From Parcubacteria group bacterium GW2011_GWA2_40_23 (lineage in GTDB: Bacteria; Patescibacteriota; Patescibacteriia; UBA11705; JABHMO01): 64,000 bases of DNA. The notes beneath the pieces were generated by a model. It searched no databases. It saw nothing but the letters and a program-made list of their open reading frames with translations, and was not told where the DNA came from. Made by a program: the position numbers and the translations under genes. The stretch is taken from assembly GCA_000996245.1 (NCBI GenBank), contig LBYP01000002.1, positions 5,352-69,351 of the forward strand, given 5' to 3'. Below are positions 48,880-60,013 of the stretch, piece by piece (within the stretch, counting starts at the first letter, position 1; each line of letters opens with the position of its first letter).

Positions 48880-51519
48880 ATGGATATTAGAAAATTTACC
48901 ACAAATTCACAACAGGCCATGCAAGAAGCACAGGCTCTGGCTTTTGAATATAATCACCCGCAAATCGATACCTTGCACTTACTCTATGCCCTACTCCAAC
49001 AAGACGAGAGTATTGTTTTAACGGTCTTAAAAAAGATGGAAGCACCTGTTGAAAACATTATTCGAGATGTTGAAACAGCCTTGCGTCGCATGCCCAAGGG
49101 CGCAGTTAACAAACAGCCACAATCTGGTCAGGTTTTTATAACTGCTTACATGAATCATGCGTTGGTTTATTCAGAAAAAGAAGCTTTAAAGTTGGGGGAT
49201 GAGTTTGTCAGTACAGAACATCTTTTATTGGCTTTGCTGAAAGTTGATTCTGCTGCCAGCGAGATACTGAAACTTTACAATATTAATTACGATTTAGTTT
49301 CCAAAATTTTATTAGATGTACGCGGTGGTCAAAAAGTTGACTCAGCTGAACCAGAAAATAAAGTTAATATCTTGAGCAAACATACGGTTAATTTAACTGA
49401 AGAAGCCCGACAAGAAAAATTAGATCCAGTTATTGGTCGTAACGAAGAAATCCGTCGTGTACTTCAAGTCCTTTCTCGACGCACCAAAAATAATCCAGTA
49501 TTAATTGGCGAACCCGGCGTTGGTAAAACTGCTATTGCTGAAGGTTTGGCTCAACGAATTGTCTCGGGTGATGTTCCAGAAAATTTAAAAGACCGAGAAG
49601 TCTTATCTTTGGATATTGGTTCATTGGTTGCTGGTTCAAAATTCCGCGGTGAATTTGAGGAACGCATGAAAGCTATTTTAACTGAAATTAAAAAGAATAA
49701 AGATCGTTATATTATTTTTATTGATGAGTTACATACCATAGTCGGTGCTGGTTCAATTGAAGGCACACTCGATGCATCGAATATGTTAAAACCGGCCTTA
49801 GCGCGTGGCGATTTACATTGTGTTGGCGCTACTACTTTGAAAGAATATCAAAAGCATATTGAAAAAGATGCTGCTTTGGAACGTCGCTTCCAGCCAGTCT
49901 TTGTTAGCGAACCATCAGTTGATGATACGATCGCTATTCTACGTGGTATTAAAGAAAAATATGAAGTTCATCATGGTGTTCGTATTACTGACGATGCTTT
50001 AATTGCAGCGGCTAAACTTTCTCAAAAATATATTACTGATCGTTTCCTTCCAGATAAGGCAATTGATTTGGTTGATGAAGCCACCTCAGCTTTACGGATT
50101 GAATTAAATAGCATGCCTGTTGAATTAGATTTAATGAAGCGCGACATTATGCGTTTAGAAATTGAAAAGCAAGCTATTTCCAAAGAAAAAACTGTGACGA
50201 CCATTAAACGTCTCAGGGAAATCAATAAAAATCTGGCTGAACTTAAAGAAAAAGCACACCAATTAGAATTGCATTGGAAGAAAGAACGTGAACTCATTAA
50301 CGATATTCAAGAAGCCAAAAAAGAAATAGACAAAATGCGACAAGAAGCAGAAATTTTTGAACGCAAAGCTGAATATGAACGTGTCGCTGAAATCCGTTAT
50401 GGCCGCATTCCCGAAAGAGAAAAAGCGATCAAGAGTTTGCAAATGCGTATGAAAAAATTGCAGTCAGGCCCTGGTGGTAGAAAAATGTTGAAAGAAAAAG
50501 TTACTGAGGAAGATATCGCAGTTGTAGTTTCAAAATGGACGGGAATTCCAGTTTCCAAAATGCTGCAAAGTGAAATTGAAAAACTGGCTCATGCAGAAGA
50601 AGAATTAAGTAAGCGTGTTATTGGTCAAAAAAGAGCCATACAAGCCGTGTCAAATGCATTACGTCGTTCACGCGCCGGTTTATCTGAAGAAAATCAACCA
50701 ATTGGAACTTTTATGTTCCTTGGTCCAACTGGTGTTGGGAAAACAGAACTGGCGAAAGCGTTGGCAGAATTCATGTTTAATAGTGAAGAAGCCATTGTGC
50801 GTGTAGATATGTCGGAGCTGATGGAAAAACATGCTGTTTCAAAATTGATTGGTTCGCCCCCAGGATATATTGGTTACGAAGAAGGCGGACAACTTACAGA
50901 AAAAGTTAGACGACGCCCCTACTCTGTTGTTTTGTTTGATGAAATTGAAAAAGCCCATCCCGATATATTTAATGTTTTATTACAACTTTTAGACGACGGT
51001 CGTTTGACTGATGCCAAAGGGCGTATAGTCAATTTCAAAAATACTGTTATTATCATGACTTCAAATATCGGTAGTGATATGATTTTGCAAGCTTTGAATA
51101 AACGAGGCGATCTTGGTTTTCAAGGCAATGAAATCAATCAACATGATGATATTGAGTCAAAGGTAAAAGATCGTCTTAAAGAGTTCTTTAATCCAGAATT
51201 TTTGAATCGTGTAAATGAAATAATCGTTTTTGAAGCTTTACAAAAAGAAGATATAAGACAAATAGTCGATTTACAACTAAATTTAGTCGCAAAACGACTT
51301 GCAGATCATAATGATATTAAACTCACCTTTACCAAAGCCATTAAAGAGTTACTGGTAGAAAAAGGATTTGATCCTCAATTTGGCGCCCGGCCGCTAAAAA
51401 GACTGATACAAAATAAAATCTTGGATGAATTAGCCTTAAATATCATAGAGGGCAAGATCAAAAATAAAGTAACCATTGACTACAGTAATGAAAAGCAAAA
51501 AGTGATGATTAAGTGCTAA
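48880..51519 (+). CDS. clpB: Chaperone ClpB (two AAA+ modules with middle coiled coil)
   Basis: Walker A motifs GEPGVGKT and GPTGVGKT; long M-domain; 879 aa. Confidence 0.9.
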   Translation: MDIRKFTTNSQQAMQEAQALAFEYNHPQIDTLHLLYALLQQDESIVLTVLKKMEAPVENIIRDVETALRRMPKGAVNKQPQSGQVFITAYMNHALVYSEKEALKLGDEFVSTEHLLLALLKVDSAASEILKLYNINYDLVSKILLDVRGGQKVDSAEPENKVNILSKHTVNLTEEARQEKLDPVIGRNEEIRRVLQVLSRRTKNNPVLIGEPGVGKTAIAEGLAQRIVSGDVPENLKDREVLSLDIGSLVAGSKFRGEFEERMKAILTEIKKNKDRYIIFIDELHTIVGAGSIEGTLDASNMLKPALARGDLHCVGATTLKEYQKHIEKDAALERRFQPVFVSEPSVDDTIAILRGIKEKYEVHHGVRITDDALIAAAKLSQKYITDRFLPDKAIDLVDEATSALRIELNSMPVELDLMKRDIMRLEIEKQAISKEKTVTTIKRLREINKNLAELKEKAHQLELHWKKERELINDIQEAKKEIDKMRQEAEIFERKAEYERVAEIRYGRIPEREKAIKSLQMRMKKLQSGPGGRKMLKEKVTEEDIAVVVSKWTGIPVSKMLQSEIEKLAHAEEELSKRVIGQKRAIQAVSNALRRSRAGLSEENQPIGTFMFLGPTGVGKTELAKALAEFMFNSEEAIVRVDMSELMEKHAVSKLIGSPPGYIGYEEGGQLTEKVRRRPYSVVLFDEIEKAHPDIFNVLLQLLDDGRLTDAKGRIVNFKNTVIIMTSNIGSDMILQALNKRGDLGFQGNEINQHDDIESKVKDRLKEFFNPEFLNRVNEIIVFEALQKEDIRQIVDLQLNLVAKRLADHNDIKLTFTKAIKELLVEKGFDPQFGARPLKRLIQNKILDELALNIIEGKIKNKVTIDYSNEKQKVMIKC

Positions 51520-51572
51520 TATAGCGCAGCTCTGCTTACCGCAGGGCTGTTTACTTTGAGGCAGAATTTCTG

Positions 51573-51585
51573 TATAATTTAGCAT
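51573..51585 (+). promoter_or_regulatory. -10 element TATAAT placed 7 nt before the ATG (leaderless-type), identical to the alr promoter string
   Basis: TATAATTTAGCATATG. Confidence 0.4.
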
Positions 51586-52959
51586 ATGACAAAAACCAAA
51601 ATTTTATTTAATTTAATAGTAATTTGTGCTCTTTTGGTGCCTTTTATTCCCGCTGAAGCTGCCAGTTTTGACCCTGGTAATATCATTTCTGACGTGAACA
51701 TGACGAATTATGGGACCATGACGCAACAGGATATCCAAAATTTTTTAAATAAAAAAAGCGGCACTCTAAAGGCCTTGATATCTCCAGATGTAAATGGCAT
51801 TCCTAAGTTAGCCAGCGAAATTATTTATCAAGCAGCTATACAGAACCGGATCAATCCGATGTATTTGTTGGTCATGCTTCAGAAAGAAATGAGTTTAATT
51901 GAAGATTCTACTCCTAAAGCGTCTCAATACGATTGGGCAATGGGCTATGGTGTTTGTGATAATTGCAGCGTCGAAGATCCGAAAGTACTAGCGTTAAAAG
52001 GTTTTGGTGTGCAAGTTGATCGTGCGGCTGGTGTTCAAAGATGGTTTTACGATAATGCGCAGAATGGTTGGGTAAAACGAGCTGGTAAATCCTATACGAT
52101 TGATAATCAGGAAGTGTTTATGCAAAATCAGGCGACAGCTAATTTGTATAATTATACGCCGCATATCAGAGGGAATAATAATTTTTGGAAAATTTGGAAC
52201 AATTGGTTTTCACAAAAATATCCTGATGGAACCTTACTTCAAAAAGCCAATGATCCTGGTGTCTGGTTAATTCAAAACAGTATGCGTCGCGCATTCCAAT
52301 CTAAATCAGCCTTACTCTCACGCTTCGATTTAAAGAATATTATTATTGTTAGTGCTGATGAGTTAGATAAATATGAAATTGGTTCTGCCATTAAATATCC
52401 CAACTATTCATTGCTAACAACACCTGACGGAGCTGTATACATGATTGTTAATGACAAACTGAGAAAATTTGAATCAAAAGAAGTTATACGAACTTTAGGT
52501 TATAATCCAGAAGAGTTTGAAGATATCACTTTTGATGAATTGGCTACTTACGAACTTGGTGATTTAATAACTATTACAAGTTCATATCCAGCAGGAGCCT
52601 TGTTACAAGATAAAAAATCAGGTGGCGTGTATTTTGTAATGGATGGATATAAATATCCAATTATCGCCAGGGAAATCATGCAAATTAATTTTCCCAAGAT
52701 GAAAATAACAGCAATTTCAACAGAAGAATTAGATAAATTCCCACGTATGGATTCGGTGAAAATTAAGGACGGTACTCTAGTAAAATCAAAAGAGTATTCA
52801 TCGGTTTATGTAATTGCCAATGGACAAAAAATGCCAATTTCCGCAGGTACTGTTTTCGAAGGTTTAGGCTATAAATGGGCCAATATCAAAGTGGTTCCTG
52901 AAGTTGCTTTAAGCAATTTACCACAAGGCAATTATTTGGATCTTGATTATAAAAAATAG
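51586..52959 (+). CDS. Secreted protein with four C-terminal ~60-aa repeats; putative cell-wall-associated
   Basis: Signal peptide (...FIPAEAASF). Repeats GVWLIQNSMRRAF / GAVYMIVNDKLRKF / GGVYFVMDGYKYPI / SSVYVIANGQKMPI. Confidence 0.5.
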   Translation: MTKTKILFNLIVICALLVPFIPAEAASFDPGNIISDVNMTNYGTMTQQDIQNFLNKKSGTLKALISPDVNGIPKLASEIIYQAAIQNRINPMYLLVMLQKEMSLIEDSTPKASQYDWAMGYGVCDNCSVEDPKVLALKGFGVQVDRAAGVQRWFYDNAQNGWVKRAGKSYTIDNQEVFMQNQATANLYNYTPHIRGNNNFWKIWNNWFSQKYPDGTLLQKANDPGVWLIQNSMRRAFQSKSALLSRFDLKNIIIVSADELDKYEIGSAIKYPNYSLLTTPDGAVYMIVNDKLRKFESKEVIRTLGYNPEEFEDITFDELATYELGDLITITSSYPAGALLQDKKSGGVYFVMDGYKYPIIAREIMQINFPKMKITAISTEELDKFPRMDSVKIKDGTLVKSKEYSSVYVIANGQKMPISAGTVFEGLGYKWANIKVVPEVALSNLPQGNYLDLDYKK

Positions 52960-52960
52960 T

Positions 52961-53749
52961 ATGATTGTTTTTGCAGGCATAACCCCCCACTCACCTATCT
53001 TGATACCAACGATAGGCAAAGAGAATCAAGCAAAACTTAAAAAAACCTTGAAGGCTTTTGATATTTTAGAAGAAGAACTTTATAAGGCGGCACCAGATAC
53101 AATCATTGTTATTTCTCCGCACGGTGAGATTAATAATAATAATTTTATTGTAAACACACAAAGTGATTATAAAGCAAAGTTGCATGAATTTGGTGATTTT
53201 GGAACAGAATTACAATTTAAGTCTGATTTAATATTTATCAATCAACTGAAAAGTCAGAATGAAATGACTTTGCCTATTCAGTTGACATATAGCGATAACA
53301 TAGATCATGGTTTCTCTGTCCCTTTATATTTTTTAACGAGAAAGCATAAAAATTATCGGGTTGTCCCCATTAATTATTCTATGTTGAATTACGAAATGCA
53401 TCTTAAATTAGGCGAAGCTATAAAAGAAGCTTGTTTTTCTCTTGATAAACGTTTTGCCATTATTGCTTCCGGCGATTTATCGCATCGTCTATCGTATCAT
53501 GCGCCGGCTGGATTCTCTCCCCAAGCAAAAGAGTTTGATAAAAAAATGATTCAGCTTTTAAAAAAGAAAAATGTTGAGAATATTTTGAATCTAGACCCAG
53601 ATTTAATTGAAAATGCAGCTGAATGTGGTTTGCGTTCATTTCTTGTTTTGTTGGGTGCTATCAAAAAAATGGATTATGACTTTCAGGTTTTGAGTTATGA
53701 AGCACCTTTTGGCGTTGGTTATCTTGTGGGCGAAGCCAAATTTAAATAA
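52961..53749 (+). CDS. LigB-family (class III extradiol dioxygenase / Memo-like) protein
   Basis: IVISPHGE and ASGDLSHRL motifs resemble the LigB-family His ligand regions. Confidence 0.4.
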   Translation: MIVFAGITPHSPILIPTIGKENQAKLKKTLKAFDILEEELYKAAPDTIIVISPHGEINNNNFIVNTQSDYKAKLHEFGDFGTELQFKSDLIFINQLKSQNEMTLPIQLTYSDNIDHGFSVPLYFLTRKHKNYRVVPINYSMLNYEMHLKLGEAIKEACFSLDKRFAIIASGDLSHRLSYHAPAGFSPQAKEFDKKMIQLLKKKNVENILNLDPDLIENAAECGLRSFLVLLGAIKKMDYDFQVLSYEAPFGVGYLVGEAKFK

Positions 53750-53753
53750 ACTT

Positions 53754-55661
53754 ATGATGACTATAGGACAATTTATTCCACTCACAAAACTACCAAGAAA
53801 TCTTGGTTGTTTTGATTATCAAATAAAACCAGAATTAATATCTCAAATAAAAGTTGGTCAAGTAATTAAGATCCCATTCGGCAAAAGAGAGGTTTGGGGT
53901 TGTTTCGTAGGTTTAATTGAGAAAAGTACTTTTGAAAACATAAAAGCTATCGATAAAATCGAGACGCTAACAGAACTTGATAGCTTTCAATTAGAGTTTT
54001 TGAAATGGTTCTCAAAATATTATTATTATTCTTTAGGGTCAACCTTCAAGCTTATGCAACCCGAGCGCCCCTTAAAGAAACAAGGTCTTCGCGAAAGCCA
54101 TGATGCAAATGATTACATTGCTATTGAGTTTAAACCCGAGACACAAATAAAGAAAATAGCACAAACAATTTTAAACAATAAAGAAGAAAAGTATTGGCTG
54201 GCTGATTTTGACAAAAATGTTAAATGGTCTTTATATCTAGAGTTAGTCAAAAACTCCCAGCTTCACTCACTGAGTTCGGATGCTGGGCAAGCAAAGAAAC
54301 AAATCTTCATTTTATTTCCAGAAGTTTCTCTTGCACAAAGCTTTTATCAATCGCTCCCACGTGATATTCAAAATGAATCACGCTTAGCAATTGGCGACAA
54401 CATGAAAACCAAGAACAAGGCTTATCAAATTTGGTCCGATATAAAAGATAATAAATGTAAGTTGATTGTTGGGACTCGCTCAACCTGTTTTTATTTGACG
54501 CAAAACATTGGAACAATTGTTGTTGATAGCGCCGAGTCTGGCGATTACAAACAATGGGATCAATCGCCATATTATGATTCTATTGAAATTTTAAGAAAGG
54601 CTCAATCTTTTTTAAAAAATAAGTTAATTTTGACAACAACAAAACCACGAATCGAAGACACTTTTGTTTTTAAACAAGAAAATTATCAATACATTGCTTT
54701 GGGCGACAAACAAAAACAAAACATTATCGTTGTCGACATGAAAAAGGAACAAAAACGAAAATTCTTTTTTCTTTCTTATCAAGCTGAAGCAGCTCTTGAT
54801 GATTGTATCGAAAACAATAAACAGGCTTTAATAATTATCAATAAGATGGGTTTATTCAGTAAATTAGTTTGTTCCGATTGCGGTTACGAGGCGCATTGTG
54901 AAAAATGTGAATTACCTATGATGGTTAATGAGCAAGGTGAATTAGAATGCCGTCATTGTAAACTAACAATAAAAGCTCCTACGGCTTGTCCTAAATGTGG
55001 TAACATTAAATTACAAGGACGTGGTGCTGGTTTAGCACAAATAAAAAAAGAATTGAGCCAGCAATATACTTGTTCCGAAAATTTAGCTGACAAAAAAGCA
55101 CAGGTTTTACTAAGTACGGGGCAGTATATGAATCCGGGTGAATTAAAAGATATTGACGTTGTAATATTCGCTTACTTTGACAGTTTAATTTATTTGACTG
55201 ATTTTAATTCTAATTTTAGACTTTACAACTTTGTTCAAAATATTATTGAAGGTTTGAACAAACCACAAAAGATTATTATTCAAACACATTTCCCAAATAA
55301 TGAAGTTTTTAAGTTTATCAATAATAATTATTCATTTTTATATAACAATGAAATTTCAGCTCGTAAAGAACATTACTATCCCCCATTTTGCACTTTGATT
55401 AAACTTTTTTTCCAACATCATGACAAAAAGATTTGTTCTGCAGAAGCAGCACGATTATACGCAGAGCTGTTGGTGCGAGTTAAAAACATTGGTGGTTCTA
55501 TTTCTGAACCATACCTTTATTACTTGAATAAAATACGTAAACGATATCGTTATATCTTGACGATTAAACTTCCGCCTTGTGACTTAAATAAAGAAAATGA
55601 GTTATTGTCAACTGTGCCAGATTTCTGGAGCATTGACAAGAATCCTAAAGACTTGTTATAA
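53754..55661 (+). CDS. priA: Primosomal protein N' (PriA) homologue with degenerate ATPase motifs
   Basis: N-terminal PriA 3'-binding-domain pattern. Cys cluster CSDCGYEAHCEKC...CRHC...CPKCG. Motif Ia-like FPEVSLAQ and IVGTRS retained. Walker A and DExH replaced by FDKNVKWS and DSAE. Confidence 0.7.
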   Translation: MMTIGQFIPLTKLPRNLGCFDYQIKPELISQIKVGQVIKIPFGKREVWGCFVGLIEKSTFENIKAIDKIETLTELDSFQLEFLKWFSKYYYYSLGSTFKLMQPERPLKKQGLRESHDANDYIAIEFKPETQIKKIAQTILNNKEEKYWLADFDKNVKWSLYLELVKNSQLHSLSSDAGQAKKQIFILFPEVSLAQSFYQSLPRDIQNESRLAIGDNMKTKNKAYQIWSDIKDNKCKLIVGTRSTCFYLTQNIGTIVVDSAESGDYKQWDQSPYYDSIEILRKAQSFLKNKLILTTTKPRIEDTFVFKQENYQYIALGDKQKQNIIVVDMKKEQKRKFFFLSYQAEAALDDCIENNKQALIIINKMGLFSKLVCSDCGYEAHCEKCELPMMVNEQGELECRHCKLTIKAPTACPKCGNIKLQGRGAGLAQIKKELSQQYTCSENLADKKAQVLLSTGQYMNPGELKDIDVVIFAYFDSLIYLTDFNSNFRLYNFVQNIIEGLNKPQKIIIQTHFPNNEVFKFINNNYSFLYNNEISARKEHYYPPFCTLIKLFFQHHDKKICSAEAARLYAELLVRVKNIGGSISEPYLYYLNKIRKRYRYILTIKLPPCDLNKENELLSTVPDFWSIDKNPKDLL

Positions 55662-55681
55662 TTCTCTTAATTTAAATAAAT

Positions 55682-56161
55682 ATGATATACAAAATTTTAA
55701 CACATCCGAATAAAGAATTGCGTAAAAAATCACAAAAAGTATTGGTGGCTGAAATTTGCACTCCAGAAAAGCAGAAGTTTTTGATTAACATGTCAAAAAC
55801 AATGATTACGAAGGATGGTATTGGTTTGGCAGCACCACAAATAGGTGTTTTAAAAAGAATTATTACAATTGCGTATAAAGATAAAGTGCTAGTCCTAATC
55901 AATCCAATATTAACAAAAAAATCATGGCTCAAAGAAGTTGAAGAAGAAGGCTGTTTAAGTGTCCCTGGGGTTTATGGATTAGTTAAAAGACATCATAAAT
56001 TATTTGTAACTGCTTATAACGAACAGGGCAAAAAAGTTGAGTTTGAAGCCAAGGGTTTACTGGCACGTATCATTCAGCATGAAGTTGATCATTTGGATGG
56101 GGTTTTATTTATTGATAAAGTTATAAAAATTACTCAAGGAGTAATGCCAGAAACACAATGA
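55682..56161 (+). CDS. def: Peptide deformylase
   Basis: GLAAPQIG, EGCLS and HEVDHL motifs. Confidence 0.9.
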   Translation: MIYKILTHPNKELRKKSQKVLVAEICTPEKQKFLINMSKTMITKDGIGLAAPQIGVLKRIITIAYKDKVLVLINPILTKKSWLKEVEEEGCLSVPGVYGLVKRHHKLFVTAYNEQGKKVEFEAKGLLARIIQHEVDHLDGVLFIDKVIKITQGVMPETQ

Positions 56162-57105
56162 ATAAAAAAGACATAAAAATAATATTTATTGGTTCAGCCA
56201 ATTTTTCAGTTCCGATTTTAGAAATGTTAATCAAAAATTATACAGTTCAACTTATTGTCACTGAAGAAGATAAGGCCGCTGGACGCGGTAAAAAAATTAC
56301 TGCACCACCGCCTAAGTCAATTGCCCAAGCAAGCAATATTTCCTGCGTGCAACCTCAAAGAGTAAAAGGAAATGTGGAGCTATTCGAACAAATAAAAAAA
56401 TTAGCACCAACGGTTTTGATTGTCGCAGCTTATGGCAAAATTTTACCTAATAAAATCTTAGAGATGACTGAATTTGGTTGTTTAAATGTGCATCCTTCAC
56501 TACTCCCAAAATATCGCGGTCCCTCACCTATTCAAACAGTTTTACTGAACGGAGAAAGTCAGACTGGAGTCTCGATCATGCTTTTAAATAGTGCCATGGA
56601 TGAGGGTGATATTTTAAAACAGGATGAAGTCGCTATTGAATCAAACGAAACTTATGAAGAACTAGAATCTAAACTAGCATTAAAGAGTACTAAGATGCTT
56701 GACGAGGTCTTGCCTCAATATATTAACGAAAAGATAGAATTAACCAAACAAAATGATAGCGAAGCAACCTATTGTTATAAAATTGATAAACTTGATGGTT
56801 GCATAGATTTCACCAATTCAGCCGAAACAATCTATAACCAATATCGAGCTTATCATTATTGGCCCGGGATTTATTGTTTTTATGGGAAACTAAAACTCGA
56901 TTTGATCGAAGTCAAGAATGAACCTATTGAAGACATTGATAATTACAAAGTTGGTAAAGTTTTCAAAAAAAATAAAGCCGTCTATGTGAAGTGTCAAAAT
57001 TCTGCCTTACAGTTAGTAAAAGTTAGATTAGAATCGAAAAAAGAAACGCTTGTACTTGATTTTTTGAATGGACATCAAGATTTTATTGGAACTGTTTTAG
57101 AGTAA
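56158..57105 (+). CDS. fmt: Methionyl-tRNA formyltransferase
   Basis: HPSLLPKYRG motif; ATGA overlap with def. Confidence 0.85.
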   Translation: MNKKDIKIIFIGSANFSVPILEMLIKNYTVQLIVTEEDKAAGRGKKITAPPPKSIAQASNISCVQPQRVKGNVELFEQIKKLAPTVLIVAAYGKILPNKILEMTEFGCLNVHPSLLPKYRGPSPIQTVLLNGESQTGVSIMLLNSAMDEGDILKQDEVAIESNETYEELESKLALKSTKMLDEVLPQYINEKIELTKQNDSEATYCYKIDKLDGCIDFTNSAETIYNQYRAYHYWPGIYCFYGKLKLDLIEVKNEPIEDIDNYKVGKVFKKNKAVYVKCQNSALQLVKVRLESKKETLVLDFLNGHQDFIGTVLE

Positions 57106-58616
57106 TTAAGACATTCGATAGTAGCCATCACTAAAATTATATAGCCGATTCCTAACGGATGATTTAAGTAAGGGCTAAAGACATGCGTGGCGACAAGTGC
57201 TACTAATCCCAAAAACAAGCCGATGAGAAGTGCATTGTTAGAATGTACTTCTTTATTTTTCAGTTGAATAAATAAATTACGTACAATTTGATAAATAAAT
57301 GCTAAATATATTAAAAGACCAATAACACCGATCTTCAGTATTATATCCAAGTAGCCCCACTCAAACGCGTATGTCGTGTATACTCCAGTCGGATTTTTAA
57401 TACTTGTGATGCGTGGATCGCGACTTTCATAAGTAATTGTAGTTCCCCATCCAGAACCTAAGATCGGATGTTTTGTGATGGCCTTAAAAAGATGTGGTAA
57501 TTGATTCCAACGACTGGCGCCGGCTTGATCCTGTATATCAAAACGAGAGTTTAAAGCTGAACTTGGATTTATTACTGTTTGTTGTGGTACAGGGAAAAAC
57601 AGCGCGATCGCTAAAACAATAAACGACAATAAAGCTAGGATTAATGCTTTTCCGGCTAGGCCTAAAATATTTGTAAATTTGTAACGATAATAAAATATTG
57701 CAAAACCTAATATTACTATTCCGGCGGCAAGTAGCCCGACCCAGAAGCTTCTAGACAAGGAAAGTAATACTGTTACGACACTTAAAGCGACTATGGCAGC
57801 ACAATACCACCAATCTTTTGTATTTGTTTTAGTTTTTTTTATCAAAAGAATATCGACAAGTAAAATCACTGCCCCAATCATAGTAAAGAGTTGGGCTTGA
57901 GAAAAAATGCGGAATAATCCCCCACTGACCAAAGTGAATTCACCCCAACGAGTGTCGCGACCCCAGTCGTATAAATAATTCTGGAGATTACTGAACTTGT
58001 GGGAAAAAGCGTAGAGAAAAAATAACGATTTTAATGAAACTGCCGTGACGCTAGCAAGTAAAATCGGCCATACTGGTGCAAGATACTTTTTTTCACGTAG
58101 GATATAAATCAGCGGAAGTAAATAAAGGAAATATAACCAAGCATTAAAATCATTAAAAATGTTTCCTAATGTGTTTCCCTTAATTAAGGCCATGAGTAAG
58201 CCCCAAAGACAAACTAGTCCTAATAATAAAAGGGATTTATTTTTAAAAATTACACTCAAAAATTGTTTTAATGTTTTCTGGCGGATAGTATGATAGAAAA
58301 AAGATAGCAAAACAATAACAAAAATAGCCATGCGAATCGAAATGGTTTGTCCGTTGATGACAAGATCAAAGTAATGACCTTGCGAACCAATAAATAGTTC
58401 AATTAAGGCAGTATAAACTCCATATTGTAATCGATAAATACTTATACAGGCAATAAAGAAACACAAAACAACAAAGACAAGGTTATTTATCGATAGAAAA
58501 GGATTTATCCAATGAGTGAAAAAGGAAAGTAACTCAATAAAAAAAATCAGCAGTAACGTAGTTTTAAACGCTCTGCCAAACCAAGTGAAGTTTAAAATGT
58601 GTGTATTGTCAGTCAT
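57075..58616 (-). CDS. Polytopic membrane protein of the O-antigen ligase/Wzy-like family (tentative)
   Basis: 513 aa with more than 10 TM helices and a large loop; adjacent to glycosyltransferases. Confidence 0.45.
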   Translation of the reverse strand: MTDNTHILNFTWFGRAFKTTLLLIFFIELLSFFTHWINPFLSINNLVFVVLCFFIACISIYRLQYGVYTALIELFIGSQGHYFDLVINGQTISIRMAIFVIVLLSFFYHTIRQKTLKQFLSVIFKNKSLLLLGLVCLWGLLMALIKGNTLGNIFNDFNAWLYFLYLLPLIYILREKKYLAPVWPILLASVTAVSLKSLFFLYAFSHKFSNLQNYLYDWGRDTRWGEFTLVSGGLFRIFSQAQLFTMIGAVILLVDILLIKKTKTNTKDWWYCAAIVALSVVTVLLSLSRSFWVGLLAAGIVILGFAIFYYRYKFTNILGLAGKALILALLSFIVLAIALFFPVPQQTVINPSSALNSRFDIQDQAGASRWNQLPHLFKAITKHPILGSGWGTTITYESRDPRITSIKNPTGVYTTYAFEWGYLDIILKIGVIGLLIYLAFIYQIVRNLFIQLKNKEVHSNNALLIGLFLGLVALVATHVFSPYLNHPLGIGYIILVMATIECLNYSKTVPIKS

Positions 58617-59043
58617 CCGTTTTTCGGTAGAGTTTATAAATTAAACTTTCAGAATTATTAGAGACATAACAATGCGTATCGAAAAATTGTCGTAAATAAG
58701 ATGGTGCACAGTTAGGGCAGTTTTCGAATTGCTTAATAGTTAAATCGATTAAGAGGTCGTTAATTTTTATCCAACAATGTTTTATTGGCGTTTCGCCAAA
58801 TTCACCTGATTCAACATTACAATCACATCGATTTGAGCGTAAATAGTTAGCCAACTCGTTGTGATGGTAATCTGCTAAGCCGCTGATATTCAAAACGTGC
58901 ACAGGTTGACCATCAATAATTGTTTTACGTGTTTTTTCGTGTATATACTCTTCAATTCTTTGTATAATATCATTGATGTTGATTTCTGGTTTTTGCAAAT
59001 CAATAAAAGGTTGAAATGAAAATGATTTTTCGATAATTAACAT
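58609..59043 (-). CDS. Cys-rich hypothetical protein (144 aa)
   Basis: ORF with an 8-nt overlap to the downstream gene. Contains CDC...HCW...CPNC...HC. Confidence 0.35.
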   Translation of the reverse strand: MLIIEKSFSFQPFIDLQKPEININDIIQRIEEYIHEKTRKTIIDGQPVHVLNISGLADYHHNELANYLRSNRCDCNVESGEFGETPIKHCWIKINDLLIDLTIKQFENCPNCAPSYLRQFFDTHCYVSNNSESLIYKLYRKTDD

Positions 59044-59047
59044 ATTG

Positions 59048-60013
59048 TTAAACCCGTGATTGAGGTCGAGCTTTTATTTTTAAAAATTGAACTAATAATG
59101 TTAAAGCCCAGCTAATTGGTTGCAAAGCGTAGAGTATCCAATATTCATAAGCCTTATGATGTTTCTTGAAATAACGTAACATACCCTGGTTAAAACGTTT
59201 TTGTTTTTTAAGACCAAAAGTTTGGGCAAAACTCTTGCCTTCATAATGAGTCACTTCAGCGAGTGGCGTAAAGTAAATTTTATATCCCTTAGCTAATATG
59301 TTTTGGCATAGTTCAACATCTTCCCACCAGAGCCAATAACTTTCGTCCCAGCCACCAATTTTATCCATAATTGATTTTCTGGTAAATATACAAGCACCCA
59401 TAGCTTGTTCTACTTCCCTTTCAGATAAATAGTTAAAATCTTTCATTAAATAATTCTTAATGCAAGGAAGCCAATTTAAAAAGTGATGTAGTTTTAGTAA
59501 AATTAATATTTGGCTGCAGAGATCAGGCAACTTTTTAACACTAGGCTGAATAGTCTTGTCAGCATAGATTAAACGACAAGTAACTATACCCGCATTTATT
59601 TTGGATTTAAAATAATCCTGTAGTTTTAAGACAACATTTTCTTTAATTTCCATATCAGGATTCATGAAAAAGATGTATTCACCTTTTGCAACCGTTAAAC
59701 CTTGGTTATTTGCTTTCGCAAAACCAGCGTTAAAATCGTTAGCTATTATAACTAAGCGTTTTTCATTTATTTCTGATCTGAAAATTTGTTGTAAATGTTC
59801 GACAGAACCATCTGAAGATTTATTGTCTATAAGAATGACTTCAAAACGAATATTTCTGGTGTATTTAAAAAGAGATTGAATCATTTTAGTAACAATCTCT
59901 TTTACGTTCCAGTTAACAATTATAATTGAAACATCAACTTGGTCACGAAGTTCAGAGTTCATGGCTTGAAGTTGTGTAACGAATTTATAGGTTTGATCTA
60001 AAAGCGTTTTCAT
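59048..60013 (-). CDS. Family 2 glycosyltransferase
   Basis: VSIIIVNWN...ILIDNKSSDGS...NNQG and an NPD (DxD-like) motif. Confidence 0.7.
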   Translation of the reverse strand: MKTLLDQTYKFVTQLQAMNSELRDQVDVSIIIVNWNVKEIVTKMIQSLFKYTRNIRFEVILIDNKSSDGSVEHLQQIFRSEINEKRLVIIANDFNAGFAKANNQGLTVAKGEYIFFMNPDMEIKENVVLKLQDYFKSKINAGIVTCRLIYADKTIQPSVKKLPDLCSQILILLKLHHFLNWLPCIKNYLMKDFNYLSEREVEQAMGACIFTRKSIMDKIGGWDESYWLWWEDVELCQNILAKGYKIYFTPLAEVTHYEGKSFAQTFGLKKQKRFNQGMLRYFKKHHKAYEYWILYALQPISWALTLLVQFLKIKARPQSRV

